In this document: piece by piece, positions 8,775 to 15,861 of the stretch
Position numbering within the stretch: the stretch's first letter is position 1
Layout: every line of letters begins with the position of its first letter
Assembly (NCBI GenBank): GCA_022704145.1
Contig: JAKJGY010000084.1
Location: 1 to 16,420 of the forward strand
Direction of reading: 5' to 3'
From: Verrucomicrobiota bacterium
GTDB lineage: Bacteria > Verrucomicrobiota > Kiritimatiellia > RFP12 > UBA1067
DNA: 16,420 nucleotides
The notes under the pieces: generated by a model
Told to the model about the DNA's origin: nothing
Seen by the model: the letters and a program-made list of their open reading frames with translations, nothing else
Databases searched by the model: none
Translations under genes and position numbers: made by a program

Positions 8775-8802
8775 ATTCCCACACCTCCAGAGGTGTGGGA
8801 AT
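8775..8802. repeat. Second copy of the 28-bp palindrome (ATTCCCACACCTC-CA-GAGGTGTGGGAAT), 4 bp after the regulator's stop codon. It is the exact reverse complement of copy 1.
   Basis: Read directly from the sequence. Confidence 0.9.
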
Positions 8803-8888
8803 CAGGTGCGATGGACTACGAGAAGGGTGTGTTTCGGGTTGTAACGCCAGGTTCGGAGTATCAGGCGGTATGGCCACTGGGCCGGGCC

Positions 8889-8907
8889 TGTCGCGCTGGG
8901 CGGGGCC
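8889..8907. repeat. 19-bp exact direct repeat, copy 2 (GGCCGGGCCTGTCGCGCTG). It lies 8 bp beyond the rnhC stop.
   Basis: Identical to 8049-8067. Confidence 0.8.
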
Positions 8908-8914
8908 GGGCGGC

Positions 8915-9895
8915 TTACTGAGCCTCGCTGGAGCGCGAGACGGCCTGGCCTTCAGGCCCGAGCGCGGCGCGCGAGCTGCCGCAGGTCGCGAGCACCTGGT
9001 CGGCGGTTCGGAAATGGCACTTGCAGGCCTTGAGCAGGACGGCCGGCCCGGCCTTACGGACCAGTTCAACGGCCGAGGCCTTGACCTGTTCGGATGCGCC
9101 TTTATGCGCTTGGATACCGTAGGTCTCGCCGAGGCGGCCGAGGCTGCGCAGGAAAGACTCGCGGGCGAGCACTGAGGCGGCCGCCACGGCGATGTCCGAC
9201 TCCGCCTTGTGGCGCTGCTCCAGCTTGATCGAACGGCCTTTCTTCATCAGCGCGCGCTCGATCACCTGCTTGGCGCCGAACTGATCGGCCACGGCCCGGG
9301 GGCAGCCGGGCACAGTCTCAAGCAGGTTCTCAATACACCGGGCGTGCGCCCAGGCCAGGAGGCTGTTGACGTTGCGGATCTTGGCATAGAGGCGGTTATA
9401 GGCCTCGGGGCCGATCGAGACCATCGCGAAGCGCTGGGGCCCGAGGAGCTGGCGGGTCTTGCTGCCGATGAATAATACCGCCTTGTCGCTGAGCTGCTTG
9501 CAGTCTTTGACGCCCAGATCCTGCATGGCGTGCGCGAGGTCGGGGTCGACGTATACCGCGCAGGCCACAAGCGGCCCGAAGAAGTCGCCCTTGCCGCTCT
9601 CGTCGATACCCATGTGGGGCGCGACCAGGTCGGGGTTGAGCACCTCCTCGTAGCCGACGGTCGCGTTCTGCAGCACGTTGGGCTCAAGAAAGAAGAGCAC
9701 GAAATCCTCAGCGCCCTTGCCCTGCACCAGGCACTTGCCGCTCTTATACAGGTTGACCACGCAGTCCTGGGCTTCGACGGCGACTACGGTATGGGGAACC
9801 TGCTTGGGCCGGTAGTTTCCCATCTTGAGGAGGAGCTTGAGCGCCTCCTGCTGCTCTTGATTGAGGACGAACGTGTAGGAGTTCTTCTTTTCCAT
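8915..9895 (-). CDS. rnhC: Ribonuclease HIII.
   Basis: The catalytic motif MGIDESGKGDFFGPLV (DESGKGD) lies about 100 aa from the N-terminus, after a TBP-like N-terminal domain, which is HIII rather than HII architecture. The track starts the ORF at a TTG at 9934. I prefer the ATG at 9895 (MEKKNSYTFVL). Confidence 0.8.
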   Translation of the reverse strand: MEKKNSYTFVLNQEQQEALKLLLKMGNYRPKQVPHTVVAVEAQDCVVNLYKSGKCLVQGKGAEDFVLFFLEPNVLQNATVGYEEVLNPDLVAPHMGIDESGKGDFFGPLVACAVYVDPDLAHAMQDLGVKDCKQLSDKAVLFIGSKTRQLLGPQRFAMVSIGPEAYNRLYAKIRNVNSLLAWAHARCIENLLETVPGCPRAVADQFGAKQVIERALMKKGRSIKLEQRHKAESDIAVAAASVLARESFLRSLGRLGETYGIQAHKGASEQVKASAVELVRKAGPAVLLKACKCHFRTADQVLATCGSSRAALGPEGQAVSRSSEAQ

Positions 9896-9944
9896 CGCGC
9901 GCCCATTAGACCATAAAGCGGCCTCGGGTGGCAAGCGAACGGGC

Positions 9945-11174
9945 TCAGGATCCGGCGGCGAGGGCGGCCAGAGGGAAGGGCTCGAGGCAGCGCGGCAGGA
10001 TGCCTTGCAGTGCGGCGATCAGCACACCGTAGTTGACCACCGGAACCCCGGCGGCCTGGGCCTGCCGGATGCGGTAGTGCATCTCGCGCCGGTTGAGCAT
10101 ACAGCCGCCGCAGTGGATCACCAGCGCATAACGCGCCAGGTCGCGCGGATACTTCATGCCGCTGGCGTGCTCGAACTCGAGGGCGCGGCCGGTATGCTGC
10201 CGCAGCCAGCGCGGGATCTTGACGGTGCCGATGTCGTCGGACTGGCGGTGGTGCGTGCAACCTTCGGCCACGAGGACGCGGTCGCCGTCCTTGAGCGACT
10301 CAATGGCCTTGGCGCCGCGCACGAGGGCCTCGAGGTCGCCCTTGTAGCGCGCGAAGAGGATCGAAAACGAGGTCAGCGGCACGTCGCGCGGCGTGTCGGC
10401 CGAGACTTTGGCGAAAACCTGTGAGTCGGTGACCACCAGCCGGGGCTTCCGGGCGAGGAGCGCGAGGGTCTCGCGCAGCTCGAACTCCTTGGTGACCACC
10501 GCGATGGCGTCAGCCTCGAGCACGTCGCGGATGACCTGCTGCTGCGGCAGGATCAGGCGGCCCTTGGGCGCGGCCTTGTCAATCGGCGTGACCAGCACGA
10601 CAAGATCCGAGGGACGGAGCAGATCACCGAGGAGCTGGAACTTGTCGGCCTCCTCCGGCACGGCCTGGGCCAGGGCGAGCTTGAGATCCTCGACCCCGTC
10701 GCCGGTCGCAGACGAGACAGCGTGGGCCGGCCGGCCGGACGCGGCGGCGGCCTCGGCGAGCTGAACGGCGTCGGGCGCGGCGAGGTCAGCCTTGTTGTAC
10801 ACGGCGAAAAGCGGGAGGCCTTTGGTGCGCACAAGGCCGAGGATCTCACGCTCGCAGTCGCCTAGGCCGTGCTCGGCCTCCAGCACCAGGAGGGCCACGT
10901 CGGTCTTATTCAGCACATCGCGCGCGCGCTGCACGCGAAGGGCGCCGAGCGCACCCTCGTCGTCGAGCCCCGGGGTGTCGATGATCATGACCGGCCCGAG
11001 CGGCAGCAGCTCCATCGCCTTGTAGACGGGGTCGGTGGTGGTGCCCTTGACGGCCGAGACGATCGAGACCTCCTGGCCGGTGAGGGCGTTGATGAGGCTG
11101 GACTTACCGACGTTACGTCGGCCGAAGAGGGCGAGGTGCGTGCGTTCGCCTTGGGGTGTCTGATTGAGGCTCAT
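9945..11174 (-). CDS. hydF: [FeFe]-hydrogenase H-cluster maturation GTPase HydF.
   Basis: 409 aa. G1 motif GRRNVGKSSLINAL, TTTDPVYK, DTPGLDD and NKAD GTPase motifs. C-terminal EGCTHH...(x45)...HCGGC matches the HydF CxHx(44-53)HCxxC cluster-binding signature. The protein aligns along its whole length with what I recall of Thermotoga HydF. Confidence 0.88.
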   Translation of the reverse strand: MSLNQTPQGERTHLALFGRRNVGKSSLINALTGQEVSIVSAVKGTTTDPVYKAMELLPLGPVMIIDTPGLDDEGALGALRVQRARDVLNKTDVALLVLEAEHGLGDCEREILGLVRTKGLPLFAVYNKADLAAPDAVQLAEAAAASGRPAHAVSSATGDGVEDLKLALAQAVPEEADKFQLLGDLLRPSDLVVLVTPIDKAAPKGRLILPQQQVIRDVLEADAIAVVTKEFELRETLALLARKPRLVVTDSQVFAKVSADTPRDVPLTSFSILFARYKGDLEALVRGAKAIESLKDGDRVLVAEGCTHHRQSDDIGTVKIPRWLRQHTGRALEFEHASGMKYPRDLARYALVIHCGGCMLNRREMHYRIRQAQAAGVPVVNYGVLIAALQGILPRCLEPFPLAALAAGS

Positions 11175-11431
11175 AGGGGTCTCGGGGTGTGGAAAAGTGT
11201 GTCAGCGGGTATTCAACCAGACCCGCCGCGCCTCGTCCAGTGTCTTCGTCCGTCCGTGGCGCGGGACGCCTCGGGGGGGGGAGGGCTCCCGGGGAGGGGC
11301 CGTCCAGACTGGCGGCCATCCGTCCGGCGCGGCATATTCGGCCGTGGACGGCGCCCCGTATTATGCTATCCTGAACACCGAACCGGGGACAGGGCATGCG
11401 TGACCGGCGTTCGAGAAGACGGGGGTGAGCT

Positions 11432-12145
11432 ATGTTGCGTCTGGGCGTGAACATCGACCATGTGGCGACGCTGCGCCAGGCACGGCGCACGGCGTATCCG
11501 AGCCTGGTTGAGGCGGCGGCGGCCTGCGAGCGGGCTGGCGCGCACGGGATCACGATCCACCTGCGCGAAGACCGGCGCCATATTCAGGACGCGGACGTCT
11601 ACGCGCTGCGCAAGACGCTGGCCGTGCATCTCAACTTGGAGATGGCCAACCATCCCGATATCGTGGCTGTGGCGCTTGACGTGCGGCCGGAGGAGGTCTG
11701 CCTGGTGCCGGAGCGGCGCGAGGAGCTGACGACCGAAGGCGGGCTGGACGTGGCGGGGCAGCTTGACGAGCTTGCGCCGGTGGTGGCGGCGCTGCGCGAC
11801 GCGGGGGTGTGCGTCAGCCTGTTTATCGATCCCGACCTGCGCCAGGTGGAGGCGGCGGCCGCGCTCGGCGTGCCGTACGTCGAGCTGCATACCGGCGCTT
11901 ATGCCGAGCGTGCGGGCGAGGCGCGCGAGCGGGAGCTGGCGCGGCTGGTCGCTGCGGCCGCGCGGGCGCATGAGGTGGGCCTGACGGTTAACGCGGGGCA
12001 TGGGCTGAGCCTGGACAATGTCGGGCCGGTGCTGGGGCTGCCGCATCTCGACACGCTTAACATCGGGCACAGCATTGTCTGCCACGCGGTCTTCGTGGGC
12101 CTGGAACGCGCGGTGCGCGCGATGCTGGAGAAGATGGGGATGTAG
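11432..12145 (+). CDS. pdxJ: Pyridoxine 5'-phosphate synthase.
   Basis: 237 aa. The N-terminus [18 protein letters not shown] is the canonical PdxJ signature. Full-length TIM-barrel-like pattern. Confidence 0.92.
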   Translation: MLRLGVNIDHVATLRQARRTAYPSLVEAAAACERAGAHGITIHLREDRRHIQDADVYALRKTLAVHLNLEMANHPDIVAVALDVRPEEVCLVPERREELTTEGGLDVAGQLDELAPVVAALRDAGVCVSLFIDPDLRQVEAAAALGVPYVELHTGAYAERAGEARERELARLVAAAARAHEVGLTVNAGHGLSLDNVGPVLGLPHLDTLNIGHSIVCHAVFVGLERAVRAMLEKMGM

Positions 12146-12147
12146 CC

Positions 12148-13254
12148 ATGTCGCTGCAGCGCGGAAACTTCGGGATCGAGTTCGACGAGCGTCCGGGCTT
12201 TCCTTACCGGCGGTTGCTCTGGACAGCCGCGCTGATCCCGCTGGCGGCGGTGGCCCTGGTGCTGACGCGCGGGTGCGCGCCGGAGGGCGAGGGCACGGCG
12301 GAGAACAATGATCCTTTGACGGCCGCCCGGTTCGACGCTCCGGAGGTGCGGGTCCACCGCGAGCGGCCGTCGTTCCTACAGCACCTGTTCCGCCGTCGCG
12401 CCGAGACGGGGGCTCCCGCCGCGGCGGCGGGCGGCGGGCAAGGGGACGCCGGCGAGGCGCGGGGCGCGGGCTGGCATGCGGCGGGTGGGGCACGGCAGAC
12501 GCCAGGGGCCAAGGCGTTGCCGGCCGAGGTGCGGCGGCTGCTGGAGCTGGCGGCGGCGCGTGAGGCCGACGGCGATCTGGCGGCGGCGCGCGAGGCGCTC
12601 CGTAAGGCGCTGGTGCGCGGGGACGCCCAGGAGCTGCGGCCGTTTGTCGAGCGCAAGCTCGGGGCGGTCAACGTGGCGTTGCTCTTCACCGACCGGCCTG
12701 CGGCGGAGAAGGCGCGGCACCGCATCGCGCCGGGCGATCTGGTGGGCAAGCTGGCGCGGCGTTACGGCTGCACGCAGGAGTATCTGCTTAAAGCGAACGG
12801 GATCGACCGTCCTGAGGCGCTGCGCGTCGGGCGGGAGGTCTGGGTGCTCACGCGGCCGGTCTTCGAGCTGACCGTGCTCAAACGGGACTCGAGTGCGGTC
12901 CTGACGCTCAACGGGCGCTTCTTCAAGCGTTATCCGATCGGGGTGGGGCGACCGGGCGAATCGCCCAACGGCGAATATGTGGTGCGCGACCGTGTGTGGC
13001 GGCCCGCCTACCGCGCGCCGGGGGTGGGCGAGGTGCCGTCAGGGCACCCCAACAACATCCTGGGGGCTGCCTGGCTCGGCCTGGCTGCGGCGGAGGGCAC
13101 ACCCGTGGCCCCCGGGTTCGGCCTGCACGGGACCGCCAACGAGTCGTCGCTCGGCCGGCCGTCCGAGGAGGGCCGCCTCCGTTTCGGCAACGCCGACATC
13201 GAGGAGCTGTTCACGCTGCTGCCGTCGGGCTCACGCGTGAACGTCGCCGACTGA
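12148..13254 (+). CDS. Membrane-anchored LysM-domain protein with a C-terminal L,D-transpeptidase (YkuD)-like domain that lacks the catalytic cysteine.
   Basis: 368 aa. ATG is 2 nt after the pdxJ stop. N-terminal hydrophobic segment LLWTAALIPLAAVALVL. LysM-like IAPGDLVGKLARRYGCTQEYLLKANGI. YkuD pattern YPIGVGRPGESPNGEY...NILGAAWLGL...GFGLHGT is present, but SEEGRLRF stands where SxGC[IV]R is expected. There is no Cys anywhere in the domain. Confidence 0.75.
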   Translation: MSLQRGNFGIEFDERPGFPYRRLLWTAALIPLAAVALVLTRGCAPEGEGTAENNDPLTAARFDAPEVRVHRERPSFLQHLFRRRAETGAPAAAAGGGQGDAGEARGAGWHAAGGARQTPGAKALPAEVRRLLELAAAREADGDLAAAREALRKALVRGDAQELRPFVERKLGAVNVALLFTDRPAAEKARHRIAPGDLVGKLARRYGCTQEYLLKANGIDRPEALRVGREVWVLTRPVFELTVLKRDSSAVLTLNGRFFKRYPIGVGRPGESPNGEYVVRDRVWRPAYRAPGVGEVPSGHPNNILGAAWLGLAAAEGTPVAPGFGLHGTANESSLGRPSEEGRLRFGNADIEELFTLLPSGSRVNVAD

Positions 13255-13708
13255 GGCGCCGGACGGCGCGCCACACGCGCGGGGTCGTCGGGTGCGGGCC
13301 CTGGGGTTGGTGTCGCGCGCGCCCTCGCAGGCTGCGCGTGGAGGGCGGCTCTAACATGGGCATGGCCCGCAACCCAAATTGGAAGACTGGAATGATGGAA
13401 TGGTGGAAGGATGGGGGTTGAGACCGAAGCAACCGAAGTGATCTTCCAACATTCCAGTATTCCACCCTTCCCAAACAACTTGTATTTTATCAGTGTTGTT
13501 CGTTCGTAAGGCAAAACATACATGCGGACGGGTTGCGTACCAGGCCTGCCCACCCCCTTCGTCCCGATGCGCGGCGCCGGACGAAATGCGCTTGTGGCCA
13601 AGCAAATCAATAATATCAGACCGTCCCAGAAATATTTCAAAGATACCATTTGACAACAGACATAAACAAATCGTAACATAGGGGCGTTTTAAGGAGGAGG
13701 TGTGTCTC
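13255..13708. other. AT-rich intergenic island (about 45% GC, against about 70% background) containing imperfect GGAATG-type repeats and a hairpin.
   Basis: GC counted by hand on four 60-nt lines: 37%, 60%, 55%, 33%. Partial inverted repeats at 13386-13409 and 13446-13461. Confidence 0.6.
13650..13700 (+). promoter_or_regulatory. Sigma70-like promoter (TTGACA at 13650-13655, 18-nt spacer, TAACAT at 13674-13679) and a consensus AGGAGGAGG RBS at 13692-13700.
   Basis: Read directly from the sequence. This is the strongest SD in the window. Confidence 0.4.
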
Positions 13709-14056
13709 ATGCCGACGGACAAAGAGCATTTGAGCGTCGAGGAGGTGGCGGACGAGCTGGGCGTGACGTACCAGTTGATCTACCGTCTGGTGCGGTCGGG
13801 CGAGCTGCCCGCGGCGCGTCTGGGCAAGCTATACCGGGTGTCGCGGGCCGATCTGAACGCCTATCTGGAGCGCAGCAAGCGCGATGTCGTGGGCGGCGGC
13901 GGGACGTGCGCGGCGTGCGGTACGTTCTATCGCAGCAAGGGCGCGCTGCAGCAGGCCTGCGCCGCCTGTGGCGCGCCGGTCTGCTTTGACTGCTGGATGC
14001 GCCTGGGCGTACGGACGTGCAAGGAACATGGCGCGGCCGAAACCGCGGCCCGCTGA
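13709..14056 (+). CDS. Small DNA-binding protein: N-terminal HTH_17 (excisionase/MerR-type) domain fused to a C-terminal Cys-rich zinc ribbon.
   Basis: The track ORF is 13700..14056 (GTG start). I prefer the ATG at 13709. LSVEEVADELGVTYQLIYRLVRSGELPAARLGKLYRVSRADLNAYL is a typical excisionase-family HTH. The C-terminus carries CAAC-x14-CAAC-x4-CFDC-x9-CKEH. Confidence 0.65.
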   Translation: MPTDKEHLSVEEVADELGVTYQLIYRLVRSGELPAARLGKLYRVSRADLNAYLERSKRDVVGGGGTCAACGTFYRSKGALQQACAACGAPVCFDCWMRLGVRTCKEHGAAETAAR

Positions 14057-14151
14057 GCGTGCGCGTGCGGCGTGCGACGGAATGGATTTTTCGTGCATGA
14101 ACGTATGGATCTGTTATCCTGTGGCAACGTAAGAAACAAACGAGGTGGACG

Positions 14152-15810
14152 ATGGGCATATTCAGTGACCGGTGTGACGCGTTGATCGACCCCAACACGG
14201 GGCGGGCCTTGGGTGGCGAGGCGCTGGCGCAGGCGAAACTGGAGCCGAAGTGGCCGCGTTGCAACAACTCCGTGCGCAAGGCGGCGCGGTTCTGCAACAA
14301 GTGCGGCTCGGGCGCCCCGGGCGGCTGGTGGCGCTGCCCCTCGTGCAAGAAGTGGATCGGCAACGAGGCGCAGTTCTGCTCGCACTGCAACACCCCGCTC
14401 TTCCCGGAGGACCGCTCGGTCATGGCCGGCGGTGTCTGGCGCAAGGATGTCGGCCTGTTCGCGCAGCGCTTTGAGATCGGCGACGTCAAGCGGCTGCTCC
14501 AGAGCGACCTTCTGGTGCAGGAGGGCACGGTGGCGGTGGTCTTGGACGGCGGCCACGTGCACGGTATCCTGGGCAGCGGACGTCACAACCCGGACAGCCT
14601 GGCGCGTGCGATCAACTGGTTCGGCGACCCGCCGCCGCGCTCGGTGGTGATGGTGGATGTCGGCGATGTGGCGCTGCCGTTGCGCGTCGAGGGGCTGCGT
14701 ACGGCCGAGCATCATCCGATCGCGTTCTACGGCGAGGTGATCCTGCGTTTCGGAAACGACAAGGCCGCGGCCTTGGCCTTGCTGGAGAACGCGCTTAAGG
14801 ACGCCCGCCACCTGGCGTATAAGGAAATCTCAGAGAGCCTGCAGGGGGTGGTGCGGGCGGCGGTCGACGCGCTGTGCGTGACCTCCACGCTCGACGACCT
14901 GGTGCGCGACCCGGAGCGGCGGACGCGCCTGCAGGAGACGATGACGCGCATGATCGGCGCGGATATCGGCCGACGCGGGTTGGCGGTGGTGCGGGTCTCC
15001 TCGGCCGAGTTCACCGGCGACGAGTACGAGGCGTACGCCGAGCGCCTCGGCGACGTGGACATCAAGCGCCGCGAGCAGGAATACGCCGACACGGTCCGTA
15101 AGCTGAAAAAGAAGGAGGAGATGGAGGCGTACAAGGACGCGGACGAGCTGCGCGCCTTCAAGGCCCTCATCGACAGCGAGTACCGCGTCTCTCAGGCCAC
15201 GCGCGACCGCGAGTGGGAGCTGCTCAAGCGCGAGTGGCAGCATGACGACATCCGACATCAGCAGCTTCTGGAGGTCGAGCGCACGGCGCATGCGATCGGT
15301 GTGCAGGTCCAGAAGGACGACTACGGCCGCGACAAGGACATCAAGGACGCGGGCGCGGCGGCGGAGGCGCGCGACCAGACGTTCGGGCAGGAGCGCAAGG
15401 AGGCGGAGTGGGCGCTCGACATGCGGTCCCGTAAGGATCAGATCGAGCTGGACCGCAAGGCGGCCGAGGCCAAGCGGCGCGAAGGCATGACCACCGAGCA
15501 GATGCTGGCGGACGTGGACGACCCGTCGCTGCGCAAGGAGCTGGTCGAGCTGATGAAGGCGGAGCGCAACCGCACCATGACGCCGGAGCAGATGCTGGCC
15601 GAGGCGGCGCTGCACAACCCGGCGGCGGCCGAGGCGCTCGCGCGCATGGCCGACCGTACGCGGCAGAACGCCGAGCAGGTGCTGGCCGAGATGAAGAAGC
15701 TCTATGCCGACGCGGCCGAGCGCCAGGACCGGAACCTCAAGACCATGCTCGAGCCGGCCGTGGAGGCCGCCAAGCGACAGGCGGCCCAGCCGCAGACGAT
15801 CGTGCATTAA
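14152..15810 (+). CDS. Flotillin-like protein: N-terminal double zinc ribbon, central Band-7/SPFH domain, C-terminal long charged coiled-coil with MT[TP]EQMLA repeats. No transmembrane segment.
   Basis: 552 aa. Zinc ribbon: FCNKCG...RCPSC...FCSHC. SPFH-like block: LLVQEGTVAVVLDGGHVHGILGSGRH...VDVGDVALPLRVEGLRTAEHHPIAFYGEVILRF...LAVVRVSSAEFTGDEYEAYAERL. The C-terminus is E/R/K/A-rich and contains GMTTEQMLADV and TMTPEQMLAEAA. GAGGTGG RBS. Confidence 0.65.
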   Translation: MGIFSDRCDALIDPNTGRALGGEALAQAKLEPKWPRCNNSVRKAARFCNKCGSGAPGGWWRCPSCKKWIGNEAQFCSHCNTPLFPEDRSVMAGGVWRKDVGLFAQRFEIGDVKRLLQSDLLVQEGTVAVVLDGGHVHGILGSGRHNPDSLARAINWFGDPPPRSVVMVDVGDVALPLRVEGLRTAEHHPIAFYGEVILRFGNDKAAALALLENALKDARHLAYKEISESLQGVVRAAVDALCVTSTLDDLVRDPERRTRLQETMTRMIGADIGRRGLAVVRVSSAEFTGDEYEAYAERLGDVDIKRREQEYADTVRKLKKKEEMEAYKDADELRAFKALIDSEYRVSQATRDREWELLKREWQHDDIRHQQLLEVERTAHAIGVQVQKDDYGRDKDIKDAGAAAEARDQTFGQERKEAEWALDMRSRKDQIELDRKAAEAKRREGMTTEQMLADVDDPSLRKELVELMKAERNRTMTPEQMLAEAALHNPAAAEALARMADRTRQNAEQVLAEMKKLYADAAERQDRNLKTMLEPAVEAAKRQAAQPQTIVH

Positions 15811-15861
15811 AGGCGCCCGTTGATCCAGCGTGCGGGAGCTGCCCGCTTCAGGGGGGACGAC

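Noticed and set aside
8178-8802. The palindrome pair read as terminal inverted repeats of an insertion sequence or MITE.
   Set aside because: There is no transposase between them. Each copy is itself a perfect palindrome of the kind bound by a dimeric repressor, and copy 1 overlaps the promoter and RBS. Operator function is the simpler reading. A cassette role is kept as a separate finding because of the 19-bp direct repeats.
9934-9934. TTG start at 9934 for rnhC and GTG starts at 4888, 8198 and 13700 given by the ORF track.
   Set aside because: Downstream in-frame ATGs (9895, 4870, 8204, 13709) give better N-termini. 4870 yields a signal peptide, and 8204 and 13709 have correctly spaced Shine-Dalgarno motifs.
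13351-13722. Small ORFs inside the AT-rich spacer (13351..13722 minus strand, 13493..13681 plus strand).
   Set aside because: Both lie in the low-GC non-coding spacer, have no RBS and no recognisable features, and overlap the predicted promoter of the downstream gene.
15822-15836. GCGGGAGCTGCCCGC hairpin after the SPFH gene, considered as an intrinsic terminator.
   Set aside because: The stem is only 5 bp with no downstream T-tract, and the next gene follows 51 nt later on the same strand. Read-through into the third gene is more likely.
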